DNA of 64,000 bases. Source: Candidatus Latescibacterota bacterium. GTDB lineage: Bacteria > Latescibacterota > CBDEFO01. A program made the translations under genes and the position numbers. Positions 1 through 9,199 of this stretch are shown one piece after another. The stretch covers positions 448,001-512,000 of the forward strand of contig CBDEFO010000004.1 of NCBI GenBank assembly GCA_965237525.1, read 5' to 3'. Below the pieces are notes generated by a model, which was given only the letters and a program-made list of their open reading frames with translations, did not search any database and was not told where the DNA came from. How positions within the stretch are numbered: position 1 is the first letter of the stretch; each line of letters opens with the position of its first letter.

Positions 1-65
1 TTCTTCGGAACGAAGCATATATACAAGGTGTAATTCCGTCTGAATAGAAGGAGTGCTGGTAAGTT

Positions 66-581
66 ATGCAAATTGAGATGAAGGAGCTGGAGGAAGGGAT
101 CAATAGACTGGAGTTGAAGGCCAAGGCTCTGAGCCTGGAATTGACGGATGAGGACGTAGGGTTCATCGATCCTGTGACCATAAAATTGACGATAGGCAAA
201 AGTTCTAACTCCTTCTTTGTAGATGGATCCGTAATCTCGATGGCTATGATGTCATGCTGCCGCTGCTTAGAGGAGTTTGAGTCCCAGATCGCCCCTCAAT
301 TCAGCGCGATCTTCCAGAGGGAAAAGGAGGCACGCTCGGAAGATCACGTGGAGGACAGCGAGGTTATCATTATAGGATTCAATGATACTTACATCGACTT
401 GAAGGCGGTCATAAGGGACGCCATCTTGTTGGATGTGCCGACCAAGCCACTGTGTTCCTCCGACTGCGCGGGGATGTGCCATCTGTGCGGGGCGAATCTG
501 AACGAGGGACCCTGCAGATGCAATCATACCAAGATAGATCCCCGATGGGAGGCTCTTGCTCAGCTTAAACTAAATTCGTAG
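66..581 (+). CDS. yceD: DUF177/YceD family protein
   Basis: CxRCL and C-terminal KPLCSSDCAGMCHLCG...DPRWEAL motifs; canonical position upstream of rpmF. Confidence 0.88.
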   Translation: MQIEMKELEEGINRLELKAKALSLELTDEDVGFIDPVTIKLTIGKSSNSFFVDGSVISMAMMSCCRCLEEFESQIAPQFSAIFQREKEARSEDHVEDSEVIIIGFNDTYIDLKAVIRDAILLDVPTKPLCSSDCAGMCHLCGANLNEGPCRCNHTKIDPRWEALAQLKLNS

Positions 582-779
582 TTCTTTACAAATCTGAAGA
601 ATTAGATCGAAGAGCTGTAGACGTGAGGCGCCGAGGGGAACCGCGTGCGTTACTGCTACCCCTTTCTGTAGGAGTCACGAAGTGCCAGGAAACCACGCAG
701 TGGTGAAGTACCTTGGTCCCCACTAAAACCGCGATAGTGCTTAAGGTTCGAAGCTATATTACAAGGAGGCAAAAAAGAA

Positions 780-962
780 TTGGCCCTGCCTAAGAGAAGA
801 CAGTCCAGATCCAGAAGAGATAAGAGGAGAGCTAACTGGAAGCTCTCACGACCGATGTTAGTTGAATGTCCGCGCTGTCATCAACCTAAGCTCCCTCACA
901 GGGTCTGTCATAGCTGTGGATACTATAACGAACGAGAGATAGTGAAGGTCGAAGAGGCCTAA
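780..962 (+). CDS. rpmF: 50S ribosomal protein L32
   Basis: MALPKRRQSRSRRDKRR start and CPRC...HRVCHSCGYY zinc ribbon; AGGAGG RBS. Confidence 0.97.
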   Translation: MALPKRRQSRSRRDKRRANWKLSRPMLVECPRCHQPKLPHRVCHSCGYYNEREIVKVEEA

Positions 963-1011
963 GATTGTACTTTCCCGCAATTATAGGATAGATAGGCCTT
1001 ATGGGAATTCG

Positions 1012-1473
1012 ATGCTTATTCAAAGGCGTTACAAGAAATCTGACCTAGATTGCATTTTAGCTCTCCATAATCTTGCCAGTGAAGAAATCGGAGTACCAAC
1101 ACCTGACTCGTATTTCTCAGATCTTCATCAAATTGAAGAAGTCTTTCTTAACAATGATGGAGAGTTTGTTGTTGGAGAATACGAGGGTCGCATAGTTGCA
1201 ATGGGAGGCTTTAAGAAAACTTCTCATGAGCGAGCGGAGATCACCCGAATGAGAGTCCACCCAAATTTCCAACGACGAGGATTCGGATCGGCGATTTTAA
1301 GCTATCTCGAGAAACGGGCAGCTGAGCTAGGATATCAGACGCTTCACCTCGATACGTTAGCCGTACAAGAGAAGGCACAAGCGTTATACCTCCGTAACGG
1401 GTATATGTTCATTGGGCAAGGTAAAAAGGATAAGTTTGACGTTGTATTTTTCGAGAAAAACGTAGAGGCCTAA
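1012..1473 (+). CDS. GNAT family N-acetyltransferase (probable integron-type gene cassette)
   Basis: Acetyl-CoA motif VHPNFQRRGFG and A..LY...GY; stop codon lies in the GCCTAAC of a following attC-like site. Confidence 0.85.
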   Translation: MLIQRRYKKSDLDCILALHNLASEEIGVPTPDSYFSDLHQIEEVFLNNDGEFVVGEYEGRIVAMGGFKKTSHERAEITRMRVHPNFQRRGFGSAILSYLEKRAAELGYQTLHLDTLAVQEKAQALYLRNGYMFIGQGKKDKFDVVFFEKNVEA

Positions 1474-1545
1474 CAAAGCGTTGTAGCTGCCGAGCAAGGC
1501 TCGCTACGCTTCCCCTTGCTCGGCAGCTGAGCTTAACCGATAGAG
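1468..1545 (+). mobile_element. attC-like recombination site
   Basis: RYYYAAC (GCCTAAC) 1468-1474; palindromic arms AGCTGCCGAGCAAGG / CCTTGCTCGGCAGCT; GCTGAGCT box; degenerate core GATAGAG at 1539-1545. Confidence 0.7.
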
Positions 1546-1550
1546 AAGTT

Positions 1551-2561
1551 ATGAGAATCGCCGTAGACACAGCAGGAGGGGACAAGGCCCCTAATGCCCA
1601 AGTCAAAGGTGTAGTGGAAGCCTTGCAAGCGGCGGATACGGACGACCTTGGGATAGTACTGACAGGGGACCGGGGTATTTTAGAAGGAGAACTTTCCAAG
1701 TTCCCAAAGGTGGACAATATTTCTATTGTTCACTCTGGAGAGGTCGTCCAGATGCACGAGTCCCCCAGCCACGCTCTAAGGAGGAAGAGGAATTCATCCA
1801 TAGCTGTGGCAATGGCGCTTGCCAAAAAAGGGGAAGTCGAGGCGGTTATAAGCGCAGGGAACACAGGGGCGGCAGTGGCCTTTTCCTTAGGAGAGCTTGG
1901 AGCCCTCAAGCATGTAAGGAGACCTGCTATTGCAAGCGTCTTCCCTACAGAAAAGGGAAAGCCGTGCTTGGTCCTTGACGTGGGAGCCAACTTGCAGTGT
2001 AAACCTGGCAACCTTTTACAGTTCGCTGTTATGGGCAGTGTGTACATGGACTGTGCACTCGGTATCCAAGCTCCGAAGGTAGGGCTTTTGAACATCGGAG
2101 AGGAGAGTTCCAAGGGGAACGAGCTTACAATCAAGTCTCACAATCTGCTTGCTGGCTCTGATCTCAACTTCATAGGAAATGTAGAGGGAAGGGATATACT
2201 GAGAGGGACAGCGGACGTTGTGGTCTGCGACGGCTTTGTGGGCAACATAATACTCAAGTTTACAGAGAGTATCACAGGGATGTTCTATCAAATGATTAAA
2301 GAGGAGAGTGGCGAAAATTTGAGCAGAAAACTTGGGGCTTTGCTTCTAAAGCCTGTCTTTAAGGGGATAGGCCGGAAGATGGACTATGAAGAATACGGGG
2401 GGGCTCCTCTTTTAGGAGTGGACGGCGTCACGATTATATGTCATGGGAGTTCATCCTCGAAAGCTATCTGCAACGCCGTAAAGGTCGCCACAAGGACAGT
2501 TGAAGGAAGGATAAACGATCACATCAAAGAGGCGTTGGATCACCACCACACGCTTGCATAG
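1551..2561 (+). CDS. plsX: phosphate acyltransferase PlsX
   Basis: MRIAVDxxGGD, SAGNTGA, DVGAN, VVVCDGFVGN, YGGAPLLG motifs; operon context. Confidence 0.97.
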   Translation: MRIAVDTAGGDKAPNAQVKGVVEALQAADTDDLGIVLTGDRGILEGELSKFPKVDNISIVHSGEVVQMHESPSHALRRKRNSSIAVAMALAKKGEVEAVISAGNTGAAVAFSLGELGALKHVRRPAIASVFPTEKGKPCLVLDVGANLQCKPGNLLQFAVMGSVYMDCALGIQAPKVGLLNIGEESSKGNELTIKSHNLLAGSDLNFIGNVEGRDILRGTADVVVCDGFVGNIILKFTESITGMFYQMIKEESGENLSRKLGALLLKPVFKGIGRKMDYEEYGGAPLLGVDGVTIICHGSSSSKAICNAVKVATRTVEGRINDHIKEALDHHHTLA

Positions 2562-2629
2562 CCTCATCGAGGAGATTGTGACTCTCAGACAGCATACAGG
2601 CAAGGGAGGATGTGCCCTGACTACTCCGA

Positions 2630-2653
2630 CCCCCAATAGGATTCAATCGGCGG
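2630..2653. repeat. 23-bp hairpin repeat (consensus CCCCCGATTGAATCTATCGGGGG), degenerate copy 1
   Basis: CCCCCAATAGGATTCAATCGGCGG resembles copies at 8131, 11040, 20494. Confidence 0.6.
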
Positions 2654-2679
2654 TTACCGTCTAATTGTTTGAGGAAGTT

Positions 2680-3792
2680 ATGAGCAGATTGAAGAAAAAA
2701 CCGGGCGCTGTGGGAGATTCTTCTTTATCCCCAAAAAGCCCTTCAACCACTGCCCCCACCCTGGCAAAGCGGCCACACCACTTTTCTGGGGGCCCTGACA
2801 AAACATTCAACGCAACGATCACAGGAGTTTCAAGGTATCTTCCCGAAGGAAGGCTCACTAACTTGGACCTGGAGAAGGTGACGGACACCTCTGACGAGTG
2901 GATCAAGGCAAGGACAGGCATCTCGGAAAGGAGGATCCTGGACGATGGCTTGCCGACGTCTTACATGGCTGTCAAGGCCGCGCAGAGCCTGTTGGATTCT
3001 ACAGGCACATCACCTGACGAGATAGGACTGATAATAGTAGGCACAGTGACTCCCGATATGATGTTTCCTTCGACTGCCTGCGTCATCCAGAACAAAATAG
3101 GGGCTAAGAACGCCTGGGGATTCGATCTGTTGGGAGCCTGCTGCGGCTTTATATATTCTTTGATGGTCGGCGCTCAGTTTGTGGAGACGGGAGCGGAAAG
3201 AAAGGTAATGGTAGTCGGCGCCGACAAGATGAGTTCCATAGTTGACTATAATGACAGAGCTACCTGTGTTCTATTTGGTGATGGAGCGGGCGCTGTGCTT
3301 TTGGAGCCTACGAACGATCCCGAGGTGGGAATTTTGGATTTTTCTTTCTACATAGACGGCTCTGGTGGAGAATTCCTCTACATGCCCGGAGGAGGGAGTC
3401 TGCATCCGCCGACCCACGAGACGATAGATAGAAATATGCACCGAGTCCACCAGGACGGAAGAGTTCTGTTTAGAGCGGCTGTGGAGGGAATGATAGAGGT
3501 GTCTTTGGATGTATTGAACCGCAACAGTCTTACGGGAAAGGATATTGACCTTTTTGTCCCTCATCAGGCCAACAAAAGGATAATAGATGCCAGCGTAAAG
3601 AGGATAGGACTCGATGACTCAAAGATAATCATAAATATAGATAAATACGCAAATACCACCTGTGGGACTATACCGATCTGTCTTTCAGAGACAGTTGAAG
3701 AGGGGAGGCTTAAGGCTGGTAACCTGATACTCTTAACGAGTTTCGGCGCAGGATATACTGCCGGAAGTGTGCTTCTAAGGTGGACGTATTAG
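2680..3792 (+). CDS. fabH: 3-oxoacyl-ACP synthase III
   Basis: TSDEWIxxRTGI, GACCGF (catalytic Cys), LFGDGAGA, VPHQAN, ANT; ATG at 2680 after GAGG; ~35-aa low-complexity N-terminal extension. Confidence 0.95.
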   Translation: MSRLKKKPGAVGDSSLSPKSPSTTAPTLAKRPHHFSGGPDKTFNATITGVSRYLPEGRLTNLDLEKVTDTSDEWIKARTGISERRILDDGLPTSYMAVKAAQSLLDSTGTSPDEIGLIIVGTVTPDMMFPSTACVIQNKIGAKNAWGFDLLGACCGFIYSLMVGAQFVETGAERKVMVVGADKMSSIVDYNDRATCVLFGDGAGAVLLEPTNDPEVGILDFSFYIDGSGGEFLYMPGGGSLHPPTHETIDRNMHRVHQDGRVLFRAAVEGMIEVSLDVLNRNSLTGKDIDLFVPHQANKRIIDASVKRIGLDDSKIIINIDKYANTTCGTIPICLSETVEEGRLKAGNLILLTSFGAGYTAGSVLLRWTY

Positions 3793-4800
3793 ATGGTTGG
3801 TCCTGCGTTTATATTCCCCGGTCAGGGCTCGCAGTCTGTGGGGATGGGGAAGGATCTCTACGAAAGCTTTGATGTCGCTAAAAAGATCTACGACCGGGCC
3901 GAAGAGATACTGGAATTTGATTTAAAAAAATTGTCGTTTGAGGGATCTGAGGAAAAGTTAAGGCAGACAAAATACACGCAGCCGGCCATATTTGTGCACA
4001 GCGCGGCGGCAGTCCTTATTCTGAAGGACAAAGGTGTAAAGCCTTCGTCGGTAGCCGGGCACAGTCTGGGCGAATATTCGGCTCTCTTTGCCGCTGGAGC
4101 TCTGGATTTCCCTGACGCTCTAAGTTTAGTGGGGCTGCGCGGAAGGCTCATGCAGGAGGCGGGTGAGAAGCGTTCGGGGACGATGGCAGCGATAATAGGA
4201 CTCTCTTTTGAGGATGCAGTTTTAGTGTGCCGGCAAGCTTCAGAAGAGGGAATTGTTGGGGCAGCTAACTTTAACTGTCCAGGGCAGATGGCTATTTCAG
4301 GGGAGGCGCGGGCTGTTAAAAGAGCGATGGAGATAGCCAAACAAAAAGGAGCAAAAAGAGCAGTCGAACTGGAGGTCAGTGGAGCGTTCCATTCAGAGTT
4401 GATGTCTAGTGCCAAAAGTGGAATGGAAAAGGCACTTTCGCAGATTAAGTTATCAGAGCCCGAAGTCCCGTTTGTGGCAAATGTGACCGGGGATTTTGAA
4501 AAAGATCCTGAAGAGATCAGAGGGCTTTTAGTCGAGCAGTTGACGAGTCCTGTGCGATGGTCGGACTCCATGAAGAGCATGATTTCGTCTGGAATCACAA
4601 GTATAGCTGAAGTAGGGCCAGGTAATGTGTTGGTGGGGCTTTTAAGACGAATCGATAAGAGCGTGGAGATAGTCGCACTGGGAGATAAAGAGCAAATAGA
4701 AGAATTTATATCGTCAATTCAAACAACGCGAAGCAATCGCACCACTAGAGGAGACACGAAGCGGAATTCTGTCGCTAAAACGATCCAGTTCCAGGTATAA
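3793..4800 (+). CDS. fabD: malonyl-CoA:ACP transacylase
   Basis: FPGQGSQ, GHSLGEY, SGAFHS motifs. Confidence 0.97.
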   Translation: MVGPAFIFPGQGSQSVGMGKDLYESFDVAKKIYDRAEEILEFDLKKLSFEGSEEKLRQTKYTQPAIFVHSAAAVLILKDKGVKPSSVAGHSLGEYSALFAAGALDFPDALSLVGLRGRLMQEAGEKRSGTMAAIIGLSFEDAVLVCRQASEEGIVGAANFNCPGQMAISGEARAVKRAMEIAKQKGAKRAVELEVSGAFHSELMSSAKSGMEKALSQIKLSEPEVPFVANVTGDFEKDPEEIRGLLVEQLTSPVRWSDSMKSMISSGITSIAEVGPGNVLVGLLRRIDKSVEIVALGDKEQIEEFISSIQTTRSNRTTRGDTKRNSVAKTIQFQV

Positions 4801-4801
4801 G

Positions 4802-5557
4802 ATGATATGCAAGGATAGATTGAAAGGCAAAAAGGCTATAGTCACAGGCGGTTCCATGGGGATAGGCAAAGCTGTGGCGATCCGGCTATCTAAGGAGGGT
4901 GCAGATGTAGCAATATGCTCAAGCCAGAGCGTGGATAAGGCTCAACAGGTGTCTTTAGAGATAAGATCTGTAGGTGTAAATTCTCTGGCTATGCAGGTGG
5001 ACGTATCGGATCCCCAGCAGGTAGGAGAGTTTGTAGAAAGGAGTGTTGAGGCGCTCGGTGGACTTCACATACTTGTAAACAATGCAGGGATTACAAGCGA
5101 CGGTCTGATAGTGAGGATGAAGGAAGAGGATTGGGATAGGGTAATCGATGTTAATCTCAAAGGGGCTTTCAACTGCACCAAGGCGTCCCTGAAACCGATG
5201 ATGAGGGCTAAGTACGGCAGGATAATAAATATAACTTCTGCCGTTGGACTTTCCGGGAATCCCGGACAGTCCAACTATGTAGCGTCGAAAGCGGGGATTA
5301 TAGGTCTTACCAAGACCACAGCTAAGGAGGTTGCAACAAGGGGCATCACAGCAAATGCTGTTGCGCCCGGACATATAGAGACCAGAATGACCTCTTGTCT
5401 CCCCGAGAAAGTTAATAAGTCTTTTATAGATAAGATACCGATTGGGCGTGCAGGAAAGCCGGAAGATGTAGCTGAGGTGGTGGCATTCTTGGCGTCAGAG
5501 GGTTCGTCGTATATAACAGGGCAGGTGATAAACGTGGACGGCGGGATGATTATGTAA
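4802..5557 (+). CDS. fabG: 3-oxoacyl-ACP reductase
   Basis: TGGSMGIG, NNAGIT, YVASK SDR motifs; operon context. Confidence 0.95.
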   Translation: MICKDRLKGKKAIVTGGSMGIGKAVAIRLSKEGADVAICSSQSVDKAQQVSLEIRSVGVNSLAMQVDVSDPQQVGEFVERSVEALGGLHILVNNAGITSDGLIVRMKEEDWDRVIDVNLKGAFNCTKASLKPMMRAKYGRIINITSAVGLSGNPGQSNYVASKAGIIGLTKTTAKEVATRGITANAVAPGHIETRMTSCLPEKVNKSFIDKIPIGRAGKPEDVAEVVAFLASEGSSYITGQVINVDGGMIM

Positions 5558-5632
5558 ACAGTAGATAGGTAGATAACAGGTCGGAGGAGAGGATGCCCGG
5601 TCTCTGTCTACTAATTTTAAAAGGAGGGACCT

Positions 5633-5863
5633 ATGGCGTCGATTAAGGAAAAAATAGTGGATCTTGTGGTTGAACAATTAGGCGTAAGTCCCGAACAGGT
5701 CGCAGAAGATGCATCCTTTATCGACGATCTTGGAGCAGATTCACTGGATACGGTGGAATTAGTAATGGCGTTTGAGGAGGAGTTCGGTTTGGAGATACCC
5801 GACGAGGACGCTGAGAAAATGGTAACTGTAGGAGATGCAATAGGGTATTTAGAGAGCCATTGA
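5633..5863 (+). CDS. acpP: acyl carrier protein
   Basis: [20 protein letters not shown]. Confidence 0.98.
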   Translation: MASIKEKIVDLVVEQLGVSPEQVAEDASFIDDLGADSLDTVELVMAFEEEFGLEIPDEDAEKMVTVGDAIGYLESH

Positions 5864-5975
5864 CTGCCAGATCAGTAGCCAGCTAATAGTAGAAAGGGGC
5901 AGGAGGTGCCCTAGAGAAGGGCAGGAGGTGCCCTTGCTACTATCTAGTGTCTACCTGTTCTAACGGGAGAGGACT

Positions 5976-7229
5976 TTGGATCGCAGGAGAGTGGTAATAA
6001 CAGGCATGGGCGTGCTTGCACCTAATGGTCTTTCTATTGATGAGTTTTGGAGGTCCATCTGTGGAGGTGTAAGCGGGATAGATAAGATCACCAAGTTCGA
6101 CGCTTCGGAATACCCATCCAAGATCGCCGGTGAACTTAAGGAATTTGATCCTCATCTCTATCTGGATAAGAAACGCGCACGGAGAATGGATCCCTTCACC
6201 CAGTATGCTGTCTGCTCCGCTTTAGATGCTGTGGAGGACGCAAAGCTCGATATAAGAGGAAATAACCCGGAAAGAGTTGGCGTAATCTACGGATCGGGAA
6301 TTGGCGGGATCACAACCTTGGAGGAACAACACTGCAATTTCCTGGACAAAGGGCCAAGGAGAATAAGCCCGTTTTTCATCCCCATGCTCATATCAGATAT
6401 GTCATCCGGGATGATCTCCATATTGTTAGGAGCCAAGGGTGTAAACTACACAACTACGTCGGCCTGCTCATCTGCGGCTCACGCCATAGGTGATTCCTTC
6501 AGGACAATCAAAAGAGGAGAGGCAGACGTAATGATAACGGGAGGAGCCGAAGCGGCGGTAACTCCAATGGGAGTAGGGGGCTTCGCGGCGATGAGGGCCC
6601 TTTCTACCAGGAACGATGAGCCCCAGAAAGCCAGCAGGCCATTCGATTCCCAAAGGGACGGTTTCGTGATAGGAGAGGGAGCAGGGACTATGATCCTTGA
6701 GAGTCTGGAGCACGCAGTAGGGCGAGGAGCCAAGATCTACGGAGAGATCCTAGGGATAGGGTTTACGGCTGATGCTTATCACGAAACGGCGATGGCTCCC
6801 GACGGGGAGGGCGGAACACGGGCTATGAAGCTGGCCTTAGAGGACGCTGGACTTTCGCCTGAGGACGTGGATTACATCAACACACACGGGACGTCGACCG
6901 ACGTAGGGGACAGGAACGAGACCAAGGCGATAAGGATGCTATTTGGGGAACACGCGTACAAGCTTGCTGCAAGTTCCACAAAATCGATGACGGGTCATCT
7001 TTTAGGAGCCTCAGGCGCAGTTGAGATGATAGCCTGCACATTGTCCATCTACCACTCGATTGTGCCTCCCACAATCAATCATGAATATAGAGACCCCGAC
7101 TGCGACCTTGATTATGTGCCGAACAAGGCCAGAGCTTTGGATGTAAAGGTGGCTTTGAACAATTCCTTCGGGTTTGGGGGACACAACGCGGTGATCGCTG
7201 TAGGGCGGTTCAAGAATGAGAAAGGTTAG
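5976..7229 (+). CDS. fabF: 3-oxoacyl-ACP synthase II
   Basis: RRVVITGMG, SACSS, HGTST, KSMTGH, NSFGFGG. Confidence 0.97.
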   Translation: MDRRRVVITGMGVLAPNGLSIDEFWRSICGGVSGIDKITKFDASEYPSKIAGELKEFDPHLYLDKKRARRMDPFTQYAVCSALDAVEDAKLDIRGNNPERVGVIYGSGIGGITTLEEQHCNFLDKGPRRISPFFIPMLISDMSSGMISILLGAKGVNYTTTSACSSAAHAIGDSFRTIKRGEADVMITGGAEAAVTPMGVGGFAAMRALSTRNDEPQKASRPFDSQRDGFVIGEGAGTMILESLEHAVGRGAKIYGEILGIGFTADAYHETAMAPDGEGGTRAMKLALEDAGLSPEDVDYINTHGTSTDVGDRNETKAIRMLFGEHAYKLAASSTKSMTGHLLGASGAVEMIACTLSIYHSIVPPTINHEYRDPDCDLDYVPNKARALDVKVALNNSFGFGGHNAVIAVGRFKNEKG

Positions 7230-7240
7230 AGTTAAAGGCG

Positions 7241-7305
7241 AAGTCACAGCCGCCAGAGTCTTCGTGAAGACCGACCTGGATTCTATGCCCTGTGTGGTTG
7301 TGCTT
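7241..7305 (+). promoter_or_regulatory. stem-loop leader directly upstream of rnc
   Basis: CACAGCCGC pairs with GTGGTTGTG (with G-U pairs), enclosing hairpin GTCTTC-GT-GAAGAC; ends 2 nt before the predicted rnc start. Confidence 0.35.
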
Positions 7306-7307
7306 AC

Positions 7308-8099
7308 GTGATGAATTTAATACGATCGCTCAAAAGGATCATCCCCAGGGGTATTCTGAAGAAGTCTTCCCTGGATGAGAAAGATCTTGAGCCTAGGCTA
7401 TTTGATTTACAGACGATTATAGATTATCAGTTTCAGGATATAGGTCTCTTGATTCGAGCTTTGAAGCACCGCTCGTATGTCTACTTCAAGGAGGGAGACG
7501 GCATAGATTCCAATGAGAGGCTGGAGTTTTTAGGGGATGCAGTGTTGAACCTGGTCGTCACAGAATATCTCCATCAGAATTTCCCCCGAAAGCGCGAAGG
7601 AGAGCTAACTCAGATAAAGTCTTTGATGGTGAGCAAAACTATCCTGGCACGCAAGGCAAGAAAGATAAATCTGGGAGACTACATACTGTTAAGCCCTGAA
7701 GAGGAAGCATCAGGTGGGAAAGAGAGAACTTCAATAATAAGCGATGCCTACGAGGCCCTACTCGGGGCTATATACACAGACGGGGGATTGGACAGCGCTC
7801 GACGATTTATTTCAAACCAGATACTCAGCAAGCTCCAAGAGATCGCTTCTGACGACAAATACGTCAATTTCAAGAGCGCACTTCTGGAGCACGCTCAAAA
7901 AAATGGGCGCGGGCAGCCCGAATACAGTGTCAACTCTGAGGAGGGACCAGATCACCAGAAGCTCTTTACGATCGAGGTGAGCCTTGAGAGCACGGGCCTG
8001 GGAAAAGGGACAGGCAAAAGCAAAAAACAGGCCGAGCAAAGAGCGGCCAAAGAGGCTCTGAAGAAATTGGGAGCTTTCAAAGAATCTGATGGCCAATAA
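7308..8099 (+). CDS. rnc: ribonuclease III
   Basis: NERLEFLGDAVL signature, DAYEALLGAIY, C-terminal dsRBD (GKSKKQAEQRAA). Confidence 0.97.
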   Translation: MMNLIRSLKRIIPRGILKKSSLDEKDLEPRLFDLQTIIDYQFQDIGLLIRALKHRSYVYFKEGDGIDSNERLEFLGDAVLNLVVTEYLHQNFPRKREGELTQIKSLMVSKTILARKARKINLGDYILLSPEEEASGGKERTSIISDAYEALLGAIYTDGGLDSARRFISNQILSKLQEIASDDKYVNFKSALLEHAQKNGRGQPEYSVNSEEGPDHQKLFTIEVSLESTGLGKGTGKSKKQAEQRAAKEALKKLGAFKESDGQ

Positions 8100-9168
8100 G
8101 AGAACCTCTTTAATGTACAGTAGACAGCAGCCCCCGATAGAATCAATCGGAGGTAGACAGCATACAGGGATAGGAGGGATTCCCCTGCCTACTGACTGCT
8201 CAACAGTGGATGGTAAAGATAACAGATGGCGTTTCCTAAATACAGGTCCGGGAGACGCCTTTTTTAATATGGCTTTAGATGAGGCGATCCTGAGCTCGGT
8301 GCGGGAGGGCAAATCTCCTCCGACCCTTCGCGTCTATGGATGGAACCCTCCGGCCGTGTCCTTCGGTTACGCTCAGCCTGTTGACAGAAAGATCGAGTTA
8401 GAAAGATGCAAAAAGATGGGGATAGACATAGTTAGACGGATAACAGGTGGAAGGGCTGTCTTACACTGGGAGGAACTTACGTACAGTGTTATCGCCCCTC
8501 TTTCCCCAGGCGGTCATATAGGACAAAGTTGTTCGATACTTTTTGGCGGACCCTTTAAAGACGATCAGCGCATAGGCGGGAGCATAGAGAGCGCCTATAA
8601 AGTCATAAGCCAGTGTCTGCTCTTGGCTCTTAGAAGTATAGGAATACCGGCCGAGTTCGAATGTGAGAGTTATACAGGTCGCAGGAATATGGTGACATCG
8701 TTTCGCAGTGGACGCACAGCCTGTTTTGCCAGTGCCTCCAAATATGAGATTACAGTTGGGGGCAGGAAGCTTGTGGGGAGCGCACAGCGAAGAGTAAAAA
8801 ATACAATGCTTCAGCACGGTTCCATATTGATGGGACCTGCTCATAAGGCCATATTGGAGATTATCCGGAGGGATTCTGATAAGTTCAAAACAGATCTAAA
8901 AGAGGAACTGGACAGAACGACAGTTAGTCTCTCTGAGATTTCATCTTCCCGGATAGGTTTCGATCAGCTTGGCTGCGCCCTAAAGAGGGGCTTTGAAGAG
9001 CATCTGGATGTTGAGCTGATATGTGAAGAGTTGGCATCAGATGAGTTCGAAGTGGCTGAGATCCTGTCCTCCAAAAAATATCGAAGCCAGAAGTGGAATT
9101 TACAGCGGACTCCCGCAGGGCTTCAGCCGCAGTCTGAATCACGAAATTCAGATTGCCTTATAGATTGA
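8089..9168 (+). CDS. lipoate-protein ligase / octanoyltransferase (LplA/LipM family); start uncertain because a repeat occupies the 5' end
   Basis: NMALDEAIL, RRITGGRAVLH, KLVGSAQRR, LQHGSI. Confidence 0.88.
   Translation: MANKRTSLMYSRQQPPIESIGGRQHTGIGGIPLPTDCSTVDGKDNRWRFLNTGPGDAFFNMALDEAILSSVREGKSPPTLRVYGWNPPAVSFGYAQPVDRKIELERCKKMGIDIVRRITGGRAVLHWEELTYSVIAPLSPGGHIGQSCSILFGGPFKDDQRIGGSIESAYKVISQCLLLALRSIGIPAEFECESYTGRRNMVTSFRSGRTACFASASKYEITVGGRKLVGSAQRRVKNTMLQHGSILMGPAHKAILEIIRRDSDKFKTDLKEELDRTTVSLSEISSSRIGFDQLGCALKRGFEEHLDVELICEELASDEFEVAEILSSKKYRSQKWNLQRTPAGLQPQSESRNSDCLID
8118..8201. repeat. GTAGACAG-type composite repeat carrying 23-bp hairpin copy 2 (8131-8153)
   Basis: CAGTAGACAGCAG-[CCCCCGATAGAATCAATCGGAG]-GTAGACAGCATACAGGG...CCCTGCCTACTGACTGCT. 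Confidence 0.65.
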
Positions 9169-9199
9169 ACGAAATATAGCGTAGAGGAGATACGATAAA

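Noticed and set aside
3790..3795. fabH-TAG-ATG-fabD in-frame junction (similarly purE-TAG-GTG-tsaC at 33069-33074) as readthrough fusions
   Set aside because: Both partners are complete, normally separate proteins; tight operon packing explains it
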